Positions 1 through 12,472 of a stretch of DNA of 64,000 bases are shown here, piece after piece. The position numbers and the translations under genes were made by a program. How positions within the stretch are numbered: position 1 is the stretch's first letter; each line of letters starts with the position of its first letter. The notes beneath the pieces were generated by a model. That model did no database searches. It saw only the letters and a program-made list of their open reading frames with translations, and had not been told where the DNA came from. Origin of the DNA: Lama glama (Eukaryota); the NCBI GenBank assembly GCA_028534125.1, contig CM052817.1, positions 53,074,001 to 53,138,000 on the forward strand, written 5' to 3'.

Positions 1-1037
1 GGTTGGCTACACCAAGAGCCAACTGGGACTCAGGCCACCGCTTTTCTTCTTGTGGCAGGGACTGTATTCAAATTCAACTTCCCACGCTTCAGGCCTTGTT
101 CATTTTCTTTGTTAGAACAAGTTGCAATGCCTACAAGCCTCCAACTCTTCCAAAAACTAAGCAGCCTATAACTACAGTGAATTCCCAATAAGAGCTGCTA
201 CCTTACCCCAAGCAGCTTAGATCTCTGTGGTCTATTGTACTGCAAGTGACCACTTTGTTTCTCTGCTTAAGGGAACAGCAACCCCCTCATTAAGAAGGGA
301 AAGCAGGGTGGCTGAGTTTGGAAATAGGCAAAGACGCATTACTGGGCAAACAACGCTAGAGTTGCTGAACAACTCCACTTCCAGGAAGCTATAGTATACC
401 TCGGTACAAAATCATAAGTAATGGGGCAATCACATGACCTTTCTTGTTGAACCTTGCTGATATATCCCTACCATTACCACAAAATCTATTTTTAATCAAT
501 AACATCCAAAATATTGTTACGTATTACCTGTGGATAATAAATAATCATACTTGTGCATAGTTCAAATTATATGATCCTAGTTGAATAGGTCTCCTGGCTG
601 TTTCTCTGCTGACATGTGATCTCAAGCAAAAGCTCAGAAGCCTTATGTTGATAGTCTACAAGACTAGTTAATGAAGGAAGAAGTGAGGGAGAGGGTTGTA
701 AGGCATAGCATGTTTTTAGGAGTATGATGGGGGAATGTTGTACATCACCTGAGGCCTGTTCCATACACAGAAATAGTCGTGTGACCCCCTTCTAGTTATA
801 AAAAGACTGCAAATAGATGCTTAGCTGTTTGCCAGAAAGAGTATGTGCTTAATGAAGATCTAGCCAGCCTCTGTCCACGTTCCATATGGAAGACAAAGAC
901 TGAATACTTTTATCAGTCTCCCCAGATATGCACACAGATTTCAATCACCCACATTTCCCAATATTAATTATAACAATATAAAGCGAGTGATAAATCATAG
1001 TTGTAAGTAAAATTTACAAATAGAATGAATAGGAGAC

Positions 1038-1488
1038 TGTATCAGTTTCCTAAGGCTGCCATAACAAATTACCGTGAAATTTATGCCATAAAACAACAGA
1101 AATTTATCCTCTCAGTTCAGGAAGTAAGAAGCCTGAATTCAAGGAGTCAGTATGGTTGATTACTTCTAAAGGCTCTAAGGAAGAACCATCCCAAGCGTTT
1201 CTTCTAACTTTTAGTAATTGCTGGCAATCTTTGGCATTTCTTGACTTGTAGATGCATTTCTTTAATTTCTGTCTCCATCTTCACATAGCCTTCTTCTCTG
1301 TGTCTCTCTTTGTGTCCTTTTCTGTCTCTTATTTGAGCATTTTCACTGAAAGTAGGATCCATCCTAATCCAGTAGGATCTTGTCCTTATGCTTAACTTAA
1401 TTACATGCACAAGACTCTACTTCCCATAAGATCAGATTCTGATATTCTGCATGGATATTTATTTCAGGACATTCATCAACCCACTACA
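1038..1488 (-). mobile_element. MaLR solo LTR (MLT1B/C-like)
   Basis: Starts TGTATCAGTTTCCTAAGGCTGCCATAACAAATTACC and ends CAACCCACTACA, with typical MLT1 internal motifs. Subfamily is approximate. Confidence 0.8.
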
Positions 1489-4400
1489 GTGTTCGTAAAT
1501 TTATGATATAACTTTCATCTTTCTGAGGTTAATATAGCTTTATATTTTTGACTTTAGTTTTCTATTTACCCATTAATAATTTAATGCCAGACTTTCCTGC
1601 ATTTTCTAAAACACTTCTCAATCTGGGAAAACATACCAGGCAAATTATCTGTTTCATTTTTACTAGGAGTCATCCCTTTTGGAAATTCCAGATTCTTAAT
1701 CCAATCTGGAATCTATGCCACTTTAGTCATCTTGCACTGCTGCATTTCTAGAACTCCCTTCTCTATAATCAAGGTAATTTCTATGTATGGCACATCATCT
1801 TTTGATTCACTCACACTACCTCCTATAGTCTTATTTTGTAAAAGTGTGTATAGTAGTAAGTGTTTTAAAATGTGTATATATTTAAACTACATTATTTTAC
1901 CTTCACAGCTGATTGAGATTTAGCTTAATAGGAATCATTTTCATTTAGATTACTGGAAACTTTGATATTAATATACTAACTCTACTAATTGGTATACTAA
2001 TATGCTAATTAGTTATATATGTTAAATTCCCACTTGTGAAATTACCTGGCAGAATCTTATTAGCAATCTTGATACCTTATTGCCACATCATTTTTTCTAA
2101 ATTAGTGTAATAATTTCTACTCCAAAGCTGGGGATGTGGGAACCTTTACTCAACCACAAACAGTGTGACATTGAATAATATTGTTCATTTAAATACTTCC
2201 TCATTTAGTACGTTTAAAATGATTTATCTTTTTCTTTTACTTTTTTATTGATATGTTTATCATTGGTGTTGAAGATTATTTCATATTTTTATTATGTAAT
2301 TGTATTTCCATACTGTACATTGGCTGTTAATGTATCTTTTAAAATCTATTAAATCTATTAATTTGTATTTGTTTGTTAGTTTTGTGACAGATGCCTGCAA
2401 TTTATTGTCTGCTTTTTGTTGTCTGTCATTTAGAAAGATGTATTATTTTGTTTTCCTTTGAAGTTCTTGTTCATGTCTTATGTTATATAGCGGGCTTGGT
2501 GTTTCACCTTCTTCTCTGTTCCATGTCCTGCTCCATTTCTGCTGTCAGGACTTATCCCTGAATGCTTGTTCCTGGACAATCAAGTAGAGTTACATGCTAA
2601 CTAAGCTTCTGATTTAACCAGTTCCTCTACTCTGCTCTGTCACTTGCTGACTATCCACATGCTTTGACTATCAGCTATTTAGATAGACTCTTAAGGTATT
2701 GAGAAGAAAAAAGTTATTTTGCCTTGGAAGAATGCTTTTTCTTTTCATAAACACCATTTATTACTCACACTGACTATATTTTATGGGTGCCTATATTGAC
2801 TTCACAGATTGCATGGGTAAGGATTCCATATGATCCATTCTGCCATTTAGTTAATAGAGTAGTTTAAATGACCTTGACGTCCTTCTCAATTACAAAGTAC
2901 ATGCTAAGCAATTTTGCATCATAACTGGTTTATAATGACTCTGGATAAATTATTGCTATTATTTTTTTTAACTGAATTATATGGTCACCTTAGACAGTGT
3001 CTTGCCATCTGTCTCCATGAGCTGAGGGATGGCAAAGCATCATGTAGAATAAAAGATATTGGAGTCTGGATTTTTCAGTCCTACTTTTGAGTGCTAGTTT
3101 TGTCACTTAATATAAAGTTGAGCAAAAACTTGGGCTCTTTCCCTCTGTCTAGAATGCAGATAGTGATAAATATCTCATTGTATTATTACTTACTTACTTA
3201 ATTTACTCATCCATTAATCCACAGGTATTTATGAAATGTTTGCTTCATGGGTATAGAGGATACAACAGTAACCAAGACAAATATGGCCTTTGCCATTACA
3301 GAGCTTGGAATCAAGTGGAAAAAAGCAACATTTAACAAATAATCAAAATTTAATTAATTAAAATTGAGATTATTGTATTTAAAAAAATAATACATTATTA
3401 CCCCAGGTGGGAATGCTCAGTTTTGCATCTTATAGTGATATTTTGTATTATGTTTTTTAAGCCAATCCCAGCACTGCTAGAAGGCACCTTGAATTCCAAA
3501 TATTTATGGAAAGAAATAAATGGTTTGTTGTGAGAAATAATTAAAATAATGGATATAATTTGCTCCTAGTAAGTATGAAATAACTTCTAATCATTATTGT
3601 TGTTTATAATTGTAACACCAATAGCCTCCTTAATAACCTCCATTCATATAAGAATACATATGATCTCCGTTCCAGGATCCCCTTCCATTGATATAATTGG
3701 GACAAAAGGAATAAAAGGATTTATCCTGTGTACATTCTTATCTTTTATTCTCATTTACTCTTCTAATCATCAATACTTGACTACTAAATCCTTGTGAATA
3801 CAAGATTAGTATCCCTTCTTGATAAAATAGGGCTACCACTGTTCCTGCCTCAAAAGAGGAACAGTGACCACTCAAGTATAGACACATAAAAGCTCTTCCG
3901 TTGCCCACAGTAATCCCAAGGCCTGTTTGTAGTGATTAATAATGCTACACTGAAGGTTTACAGAAAGTAAAATAAATAAAATGTAATGAAAAATCATAAG
4001 CAAATATAGCATGCTAAATGTGTACAGCCTATCACTCAGGAAATTATATCAAAATTATGCATTGATAAATCTGTTCTCTCTTCCCACTCTTTCCACCTAT
4101 TAGATGGCAGGTTCATGAGGTCAGAAAACATGTGATATATTTATATTTATATAAGTTTATTGACAAATACTTAACTGAATTAAATAGCAATCAATATAGG
4201 ATCTGAGCTCTTTATCCAGTTTATCCTCAGGTTCTCATGGTGATGTCCATGAGACACACCACAGTGGCCTCTGCCATATCTCCTCTACCCCAGAGTATTC
4301 CCTGTGTTCTCTGCTACTGGTATACTGTTTTTTATTCCCCAGCTACCATAATTTAGTCATTCCTGCATCCCCTTTACTTAGAAAGTAAAGGATGAAAGTG

Positions 4401-4817
4401 TTGGGCATAGAATTTTTTATTATAGTACTTTCCCCCAAATATGATTAATTTCTTCACAGGAAAGAATTATAATACATGAGGAATATAGATGTTTTAATAC
4501 TCATCATCCATATCTATTGAAAATCCAAGAGCAACTATTATGTTAATAGAGCAGTTATCAGGTTTCAAGCAAGGCAAGACATGACAGACAAAAAAAAAAG
4601 ACAAGTGATAAGTTGCTTTTCGTACATATTTTGAATATATGCGCCTGGGGTGTGTAACCCTTATGAATCACTTATTTCACGTATTTTTAGACAAAAATGA
4701 ATTCATCAAGCTTAAACCTTTGAAATCAGCGTTGAATCCCATTTTCTTTCACACTCTGTTTCCAATCCATCAGAAAATTCTGTTGTGCCTGCTTCGAATT
4801 ATGGCCTGTATCTGATA

Positions 4818-5236
4818 CAGGCACACCTCATTTCTTGGTGCTCCACTTTATTACACTTCACAGATATTGCATTTTTTACAGTTTGAAGGTTTGTGGCAAC
4901 TCTGTGTTGAGCAAATCTGCCAGCACCAATTTTCCAACAGCCTTTGCTCACTTTGTGTCTTTGTGTCACATTCTGTTATTTCTCAAAATATTTCAAATCC
5001 TCCACCAGCAAAAAAGATGGTCTCGCTGAAGGCTCAGGTGATGGTTAGCATCTTTAGCAATAAAATATTTTAATTAAGGTTTTTTAGACTTAATGCTATT
5101 TGCACACTTAAACTACTGTATAGTATAAATATAATTTTTATAAGCACCAGGAAATCCATGTGACTCACTTTATTGCAATATTTGGTTTACTGTAGTGATC
5201 TGGAACTGAATCCACAGTATCTCCAAGGTCTGCCTA
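4818..5236 (+). mobile_element. Internally deleted Tigger1-derived DNA transposon
   Basis: Ends CAGGCACACCTC and AAGGTCTGCCTA resemble the Tigger1 TIR CAGGCATACCTC. TA flanks both sides, and the subterminal sequence is Tigger1-like. Confidence 0.85.
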
Positions 5237-5732
5237 TACTTTCTCAGCACTTCCACCACCCTCACCTTGACTCTGACAGTGATTCCCTTGCTTCAACAGT
5301 TGTCATCCAAAGGCTATTATCCAAAGAGAAGCCAATATACATCTTACAAATACAAATATTATTTATGAACAACTCTACAATTCATAACAGTCTTTGTGTT
5401 TTAAGTCCATATGGTGCTATAAAATGTGTTACTGGTTATTAAAATGAAGGATGAAAGCCTTGAGACCTACGTCAGTCTTGTGGTTGTCACTGGTAATTAA
5501 AGTAAACTTTACTCAAGCTTGAAAATGCTGTTATAAAGGTAAAGCTTTACTTTTCTCAGCTAACCATAATAGGGAAATTGACAGGAATAAAAAAGGTGCA
5601 AGAGCTTATAGCTGATACATTTTATTGTCTGTTAAGAAAGGAATAGAAAGCTAGCAGAAGAATCAGTGTTACAAATCTAGTTAGAAGATATGAGGCGGGA
5701 AGAGAGACACGGTCATTGATAAGATAAATAAC

Positions 5733-6200
5733 TGTAACAGTGATCAATTTATTGCCTCTCAGCTATGCAGTTACTTCTTTGCCAGCTGAACTAATGCTAG
5801 GCTTTGCCAGCTCAGTGCTTTGCCAGTAAAGACGCTGGAAGAGGAAGGGACTTTCTCTTCCTGGTTCTGACGTGCTCCTCTCACTTATAGCATCTGTGGC
5901 TCCTGGCTCTGTGGTTCAAGGCAGCCAGTGGCTTCCCCTGGCATCCCTTTGGTTGGGTTCACAGCAAATTCTAAGGAGTGACACCTCCCTGTGAGTGGCT
6001 TCTCCAGGCACCCGAGAGGACAGGTTTCCCGCAAGTTCCAGAGGAAAGATTTTCCACAAGTTTCCCTGACACACCACCAGAGCAACTTCTCTGTCATTTA
6101 ATGAATCAATATCATGCCTTCTTCAGGGATGTTGGAGCTCAGCCCCAGGCTGGGTGGTAGAGACAAGGAGGGCACATTACCTTGGGTGCTTTCTTTTAGG
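5733..6200. mobile_element. ERVL-type solo LTR (LTR33-like)
   Basis: Begins TGTAACAGTGATCAATTTATTGCCTCTCAGCT, with GAGGAAGGGACTTTCTCTTCCTGGTTC downstream. Recalled similarity; right boundary approximate. Confidence 0.5.
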
Positions 6201-6214
6201 CATAGAAACAGAGA

Positions 6215-6592
6215 TTGTCATTGTCAATTTGACTGCAGTAACAGAATATCATAGACTCAGGGCGCTTATACAACAAGAATTTATTTCTCACATTTCTGAA
6301 GGCAGGAAGTCAGAGGTCAGAGCATCAGCGTGGTCAAGTTCTGGTGAAGTCTCTCTCCTGGGTTTCAGACTGCCAGCTTCTCCTTGTATCCTCATGGTAG
6401 AGAGCAGAGAGTGGAAGCAAACTCTTTTATGCCTTTTATTAAAGCACAAATCCCATACATGAGGGCTATACTCTCATGATCTCATATAATCCTAAGTACC
6501 TCCTAAAGACACAGCCTCCTAATACGATCATATTAGGCAGTAGGGTCCAACATGTCAATTTTGAGGGTGACACAAACATCCAGCCAATAACA
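6215..6592 (-). mobile_element. MaLR solo LTR (MLT1A0-like)
   Basis: Contains GAATTTATTTCTCACATTTCTGAAGGCAGGAAGTCAGAGGTCAG and ends GACACAAACATCCAGCCAATAACA. Confidence 0.8.
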
Positions 6593-7122
6593 AGGACAGT
6601 AATATGAGGATCATATTCATAAATTGTGAAAATATGTGGAGTTTGTTTTAGATAGGACACAAAATTAAAAGCTTGTTTTCCAACATTTATATATGGAAAT
6701 ACTGTTAGAGCATTTATTATTTCTTAGCCCCAAGGTCTATACACAGTTGTCCTTTGATGTTGCACTTCCTATTTGCACACAGCATGTACCCTTGGGGTTC
6801 ACCTGTGTTCAGTATTTTGCCTGAATAGCTGAGTTAGTAGAATAAGCATCAACATTTCTTTCCTCTGACAAGCAGTATATCCCCTGTAACCTTTGTGATC
6901 CTCATTCATCAATGAACAGGTAGATCTGAAGCACTGGGGGTTCATTTTAGTGCTGGAGTTGAGAAAGCATCATTTCCATACAAAGGACCAGTTTAGTAAG
7001 GAGTGCTGCAGAGAAAGAAAAAGCCTTATACTGGATTACTTAAAAATTCTAATAATATTTACAGATTTCCAAGATCTTAATATTAATTATCTAAGAATTA
7101 TGAGACAAAACTGTTATGAATT

Positions 7123-9540
7123 GATTTTTTTAAGTGGTCTAGTTGATTTACTATTTTGGGTTAGTTTCAGGTGTATGGCAAAGTGATATATATGTTCTTT
7201 CTTTCAATTCTTTTCTGTTATAGGTTATTTTCTATTATAGGTTGAATGCATTTCCCTATGCAATACAGTAAATCCTTGTTGTTTATCTATTTTACATATG
7301 TTAGTATGTATCCATTAATTCCATAATCCTAATTTGTCTCTCCCCCCACTTTCCCTTTGGAAACCATAAGTTGGTTTTCTATGTCTGTGAGTCTATTTCT
7401 GTTCTGTAAATAAGTTCATCTGGACTATTTTCAGATTCCACATATAAGTGAAATCATACAGTATTTTTCTTCCTCTGTGTCTTATTTCACTTAGCCTAAT
7501 GCCCTCCAGGTCTATCCATGTTGCTGAAAATGGCAAAAAATAATTACTTTTTATGGCTGAGTAGTCTTCCATTGTATACATATACCATATTTTCCTTATC
7601 CATTCATCTGTTGAAGAACACTCAGATTGCTTCCATGTCTTAACTTTTGTAGCTAGTGCTATTATGAACATTGGAGTGCTTGTATCTTTTTGTCTTTTCC
7701 AGATATATGCCCAGAAGTGGGATTGCTGGGTCATATGGTAATTCTATTTTTAGTTTTCTAAGAAGCCTTCATACTGTTTTCCACAGTGGCTGCACCAAAA
7801 TACATTCTCATCAACAGTGTAAGAGAGTTCCCTTTTCTCCACAGCCTCTCCAGCATTTATTATTTGTAAACTTTCTGGTGATGGCCATTCTGACTGATGT
7901 GAGGTGATATCTCATTGTAGTTTTGATTTGCATTTCTCTGATAATTAGTGATGTTGAGCATCTTTTCATGTGCCTTTTGGCCATCTGCATGTCTTCTTGG
8001 AGAAATGCCTATTTAGATCTTCTACCCATTTTTAGATTGGATTGTTTGTTGAATAGAGTGGTGAGAGTGGGCATCCTTGTCTTGTTCCAGAATTTAGCAG
8101 GAAGGCTTTTTAGCTTTTCATCATTGAGTATTGTGTTGGCTGTGGTTTTGTCATAAATAGCTTTTATTATGTTGAGATATATTCCTTCTATACCCACTTT
8201 GGTGAGAGTTTTTATCATGAATGGATTTTGTTTTCTCAAATGCTCTTTCTGCATCTTTTGAAATGATCATGTGGTTTTTGCCTTTTTTGTTGTTGCTGAT
8301 GTGGTGTATCACATTGGTTGATTTGTGTATGTTGAATCATCCTTGTGACCCTGGAATGAATCCAACTTGATCATAGTTTATGATCCTTTTTATGTATTGT
8401 TGGGTTTGGTTTGCTAATATTTTATTGAGGATTTTTGCATCTATATTTATCAAAGAAATTGACCTATAATTTCCCAGACAAGCAAGAACTAAAATAATAC
8501 ATCAATACTACTAAACCCACCCTAAAAGAAATATTGAAAGGTCTTCTGTAAATAGAAAACAAGCAAGGATCTATAGGAAGGGGGAAATCACAATATAAAA
8601 GGCAAATAAAAGGACTGAATATCATGTAAATAAGTCAGTACATAGATTAAAAATAATTTTTAAAAATCTGTGAAAGCAACTGTAACTATAATGAACAGCA
8701 AAAGGATAAACCTGAAGCTGTAAAATAGGACATCAAAATCACAAAATGTGAGGGGCAGTATGAGAAATATAGATCCTTTAGAATGTGTTTGAGCTTATAT
8801 GACTGCAAGTCTAAAGCAAGTAGATACAGTTATGGGCTAACATGCTTGAAAACCAGGATAACCACAAATAAAAAACATACAGTAGATTCACAAAAACCCA
8901 AAACAAAGAAACACAAAAGAAAACCATCAAACCACAAAAGAAAAAACAAAAATAAGAAGAAAGGAATAAAAAAGAAATAAAAAATCAACTGGAAAACAAG
9001 GTTTAAAACAGAAATTAATGCATACTTAACTATAATTACTTTAAATGGGAGTGGACTAAATGCTCTGATCAAAAGACTGAGTGGCAGGTTTGATAATAAA
9101 ACAAGAATCTAACATATGCTACCTACAAGAGACTTACTTTGGGGTGAGAGACACATATAGATTGAAAGTGAGGGGATGGAAAAAATCATAAGAAAATATT
9201 ATAAACAGTTACATACCAACAAAATAGGCAACTTGGAAGTGATGGACAATTTCTGGAAACATAACAGCCTGTCAAAACTGAATCAAGAAGAAACAGATAC
9301 TTTAAACAGACTGATCAATAGAAGTGAAATGGAATCTATAAAAAACAAAACAAAACAAAAACAAAACAACTCCCTGCAAACGAAAGTCCAGGACCAGATG
9401 GCTTCACTGGGGAATTCTACCAAACATACAAAGAACTTATACCATCCTTCTCAAAGTTTTCCAAAGTATTGAAGAGGGGGGAATACTCCCAAAGTCATTC
9501 AATGAAGCCAATATCACCCTGATACCAAAACCAGACAAAA
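7123..9540 (-). mobile_element. LINE-1 with 5' inversion (twin priming) and two internal deletions
   Basis: 7123-8472 is the L1 3'UTR and ORF2 on the minus strand (e.g. [17 protein letters not shown]). 8473-9540 is the ORF1 end and ORF2 pieces on the plus strand ([21 protein letters not shown]). TSD AGACAAAA(CTGT)TATGAATT at 7103-7122 and 9533-9548. Confidence 0.9.
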
Positions 9541-9704
9541 TATGAATTTATATTATGATTATATTAAATATGATTTTATCTTATGATGCATTAGATACAT
9601 TTTGTTAATATAAAAGTAGGTACTTTATCCTACTTACATATCTTGCTGTACCTATATTTTTTTTAAAAAATGGGAAAAACAAACATTTAGATCACATGAT
9701 GATT

Positions 9705-10114
9705 ATAGTTTATTCATTTATTCAACAACTGACTAAGAACTTAAAATGTGGCATGTACTATGATAGTTATGAGAGAAACTGATAAGCAAGAAAGACAAGA
9801 TTCTTTACTTCTTGAAGTTTGCAAGGTAGAAGAATGGCAGATATTAATCAGGTAATCAAAACAAAAATATGAGTAAAAGTGGTAAATGCTATAAGGAAGA
9901 TTGCAAGTTACTACAAATACATTAATAGGAAACCTGATTTCACTTGCGGTGTTATGGAAAGCTTTCCTAGGGACAGAAATGTTGCTTTTAAATATGAAAG
10001 TGAAACAGGAGATAAGTAGATCAAGTGGGGTTTATAATGATGGATACAATGGGCTTCAGATACTGGGGAAAACACATAGAAAGCTCAAGATGCTGGAATG
10101 AGCACTGACGTTTA
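9705..10114 (-). mobile_element. L2 fragment, interrupted by the L1 at 10129 and resuming at ~12487-12780
   Basis: TTCATTTATTCAACAA 3'-end signature. Degenerate L2 motifs occur on both sides of the L1 insertion. Confidence 0.6.
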
Positions 10115-10128
10115 AGAATCTCAAATAT

Positions 10129-12472
10129 CAAGATGGTGGCATAGGAAGATCATGAATTCACCTCCTCCCACTGACATAACAAATCTATAGCTACATATGG
10201 ATCATTTTTCTCTACGAAAGATCTCAAAACTTGATGAACTGCTCTCCACAACTAAGGATAAAAGGACCACATCAAGATGTGTAGTATAGGCAGAGACATG
10301 GTCCCATAAAAACAAACAAACAAACAAACAAAAACAACAGTATGGAAACACACAAAAGGCCCTCACTCACCAGGCACTTCTCCTGGAGGAGCAAAGGCTT
10401 GGTGTCCCCATCAGGCACCCCAACCCCTAAGATCTTCACCAGAGAGACAAGCCCCCAAAATATCTGGCTGAGAAAACTGAAGGGGCTGAAGCCTAAATGA
10501 TCCAAAGTGCAACAGAAAAGTGAGATTTACTTCTTAAATGACTTGCATGTGGTCTGACTCAATCTGAGACCCAGCAAAACAAACAAACAAAAACCCAGCA
10601 GCTTTAAAAGCACATAGACTGTAAGTGGAGATCCATTTGCTAATCTAAAAGTGTTATCTGAAGGAGCAGGGGACAGTCAAAATGCTCCCCAGAGACAGAG
10701 AGTCTTACAAATGCCAGTATTGTACCCTTAACCTAACCTGCTGGCAGAGCAGGAAATCTTGGATGCAACGCTGTCTCACCACCCTTCTGAGAGAAGTGGG
10801 GGTGAGTACTCATGGCACTATCCCACTGCCTTGCTGGAGCAAGAGAGTGTAGGAAATTGCAGCACACCCCCACTCCCTGGCTGAGTGGGTGAATGGGAAT
10901 GGTTGTAAGTTTTTACTGCTCTATAGCCAAAGGCTGTGGGTATAGACAGTTATGACACTCCCTACCTGCTGACTAGGGCTGGCAAGCAGGAGCAGTTGCA
11001 GCAATTTCCTACTCTCAGCCTAAAGCTGGCAGGCGTGAACAGATAAGGAATTCCCCTGCTTCCCTGCCAAAGCCCACTCTTCACCCCCTACAGTCTCCAG
11101 CTGCCTTTAGCAAGCCAGCAGACACATGCAGTCCACACAGTGGACAGGCCCTGGTGGCCTGGCCTTAGTAGCCAAGAAGGCTGGCATTCCTTAGCTCCAC
11201 AAGATAAGAATTGAAAAAGATGGTTCTTGCAAGGTTACCACCCCCAGGGCACAGACAGCAGACTGAAACAAAATCCAGTCTTCTTGTGAAAAAGGTCTGT
11301 TCACTCAGCCTGGAGCTTCAGCCTGAGGGACAGGCCTCAGATTTCCCATACATCAGGTGACTAAGGAGACATCCTGAGGAATCTAAGCCCAGAGACACTA
11401 ACCCTGTGTACCCCCTTGGCCTTGCTACAGCTTGACAAGACTTCCCAGAAAGGAGCTTATACACTCATTTGGAGACCTGATTGTCTCAATTGTCTCCCAG
11501 GGGACACCTTCAGATCTCCTGGTCTTGAGGCCAGAAGGGATTACAATTGCCGCTCTTCTGAAGAAGACATACAGATAGACAACAGGCAGATGAAAAGTTG
11601 TTCAACAGCACTAATCATCAAGGAATTTAGAAGTCAAGACCACAATGAGGTACTACCTTATATCTATTACTATGGCTATTATGAAAAAGAATAAATAACA
11701 AGTGATGGTGAGGATGGGAAAGAAGGGGTCCCTCGTACACTGTTGGTGAGAATGTAAATTGGTGCAGCCACTACGAAAAACAACGTGGAGGTTCTGCCAC
11801 AGATTAAAAATGGCACTACTATGTGATTGAGCAGTCCACTACCAAGTATCTGTCTGAAGAAAATGAAAACACTAATTCAGAAAGATATATGCACCCCTAT
11901 GTTCATTGCAGCATTATTTTTAATACCAAGATACGGAAGTAACCTAAATGCCCATTGATAAATAAATGGCTAAAGAATATTTTATATGTGTGTGCCACAA
12001 TGGAATATTACTTAGCCATAAAAAGAATGGAATTTTGCCATTTGTGACAACATAGCTGGACTTTGAGGAGATTAAGCTAAGTGAAATAAGTCAAAGACAA
12101 ATACCACATAATTTCACTTGTCTGTGAAATCTAAAAAAAAACAAAAAAACAAAGTAAAGCCCAAACTCATAGATACAGAGAACAGATTAGTGGTTGCCAA
12201 AGGGGGAAAATGGGCACAGGGGATTATGAAATATACATTTCCAGGTTTAAAAAAATAAGTCATGGGGCTGTAGTGTTCAGCATGAAAAATACAGCCACTA
12301 ATACCGTTAGATTTGTAAGGAGACAGATGGTAACTAGACTTACTGTGGTGAACGTTTCACGATGTACACAAATGTTGAATATGTTGTACACCTGAAACTA
12401 ATACAATACTGTATGTCAATTATTCCACTATAACAATAAAAAACAAGGTAGGGATAGAAGTTCAAAAAAAAT
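10129..12472 (+). mobile_element. LINE-1 with 5'UTR joined directly to the end of ORF2 and the 3'UTR
   Basis: Starts CAAGATGGTGG and has a ~1.4 kb 5'UTR-like region. It jumps at ~11555 to GAAGAAGACATACAGAT (late ORF2), followed by the 3'UTR and AATAAA. TSD AGAAT/CCTCAAATAT at 10115-10128 and 12473-12486. Confidence 0.85.

Noticed and set aside
7393..9472. ORFs in this interval as genes
   Set aside because: All are sense or antisense fragments of L1.
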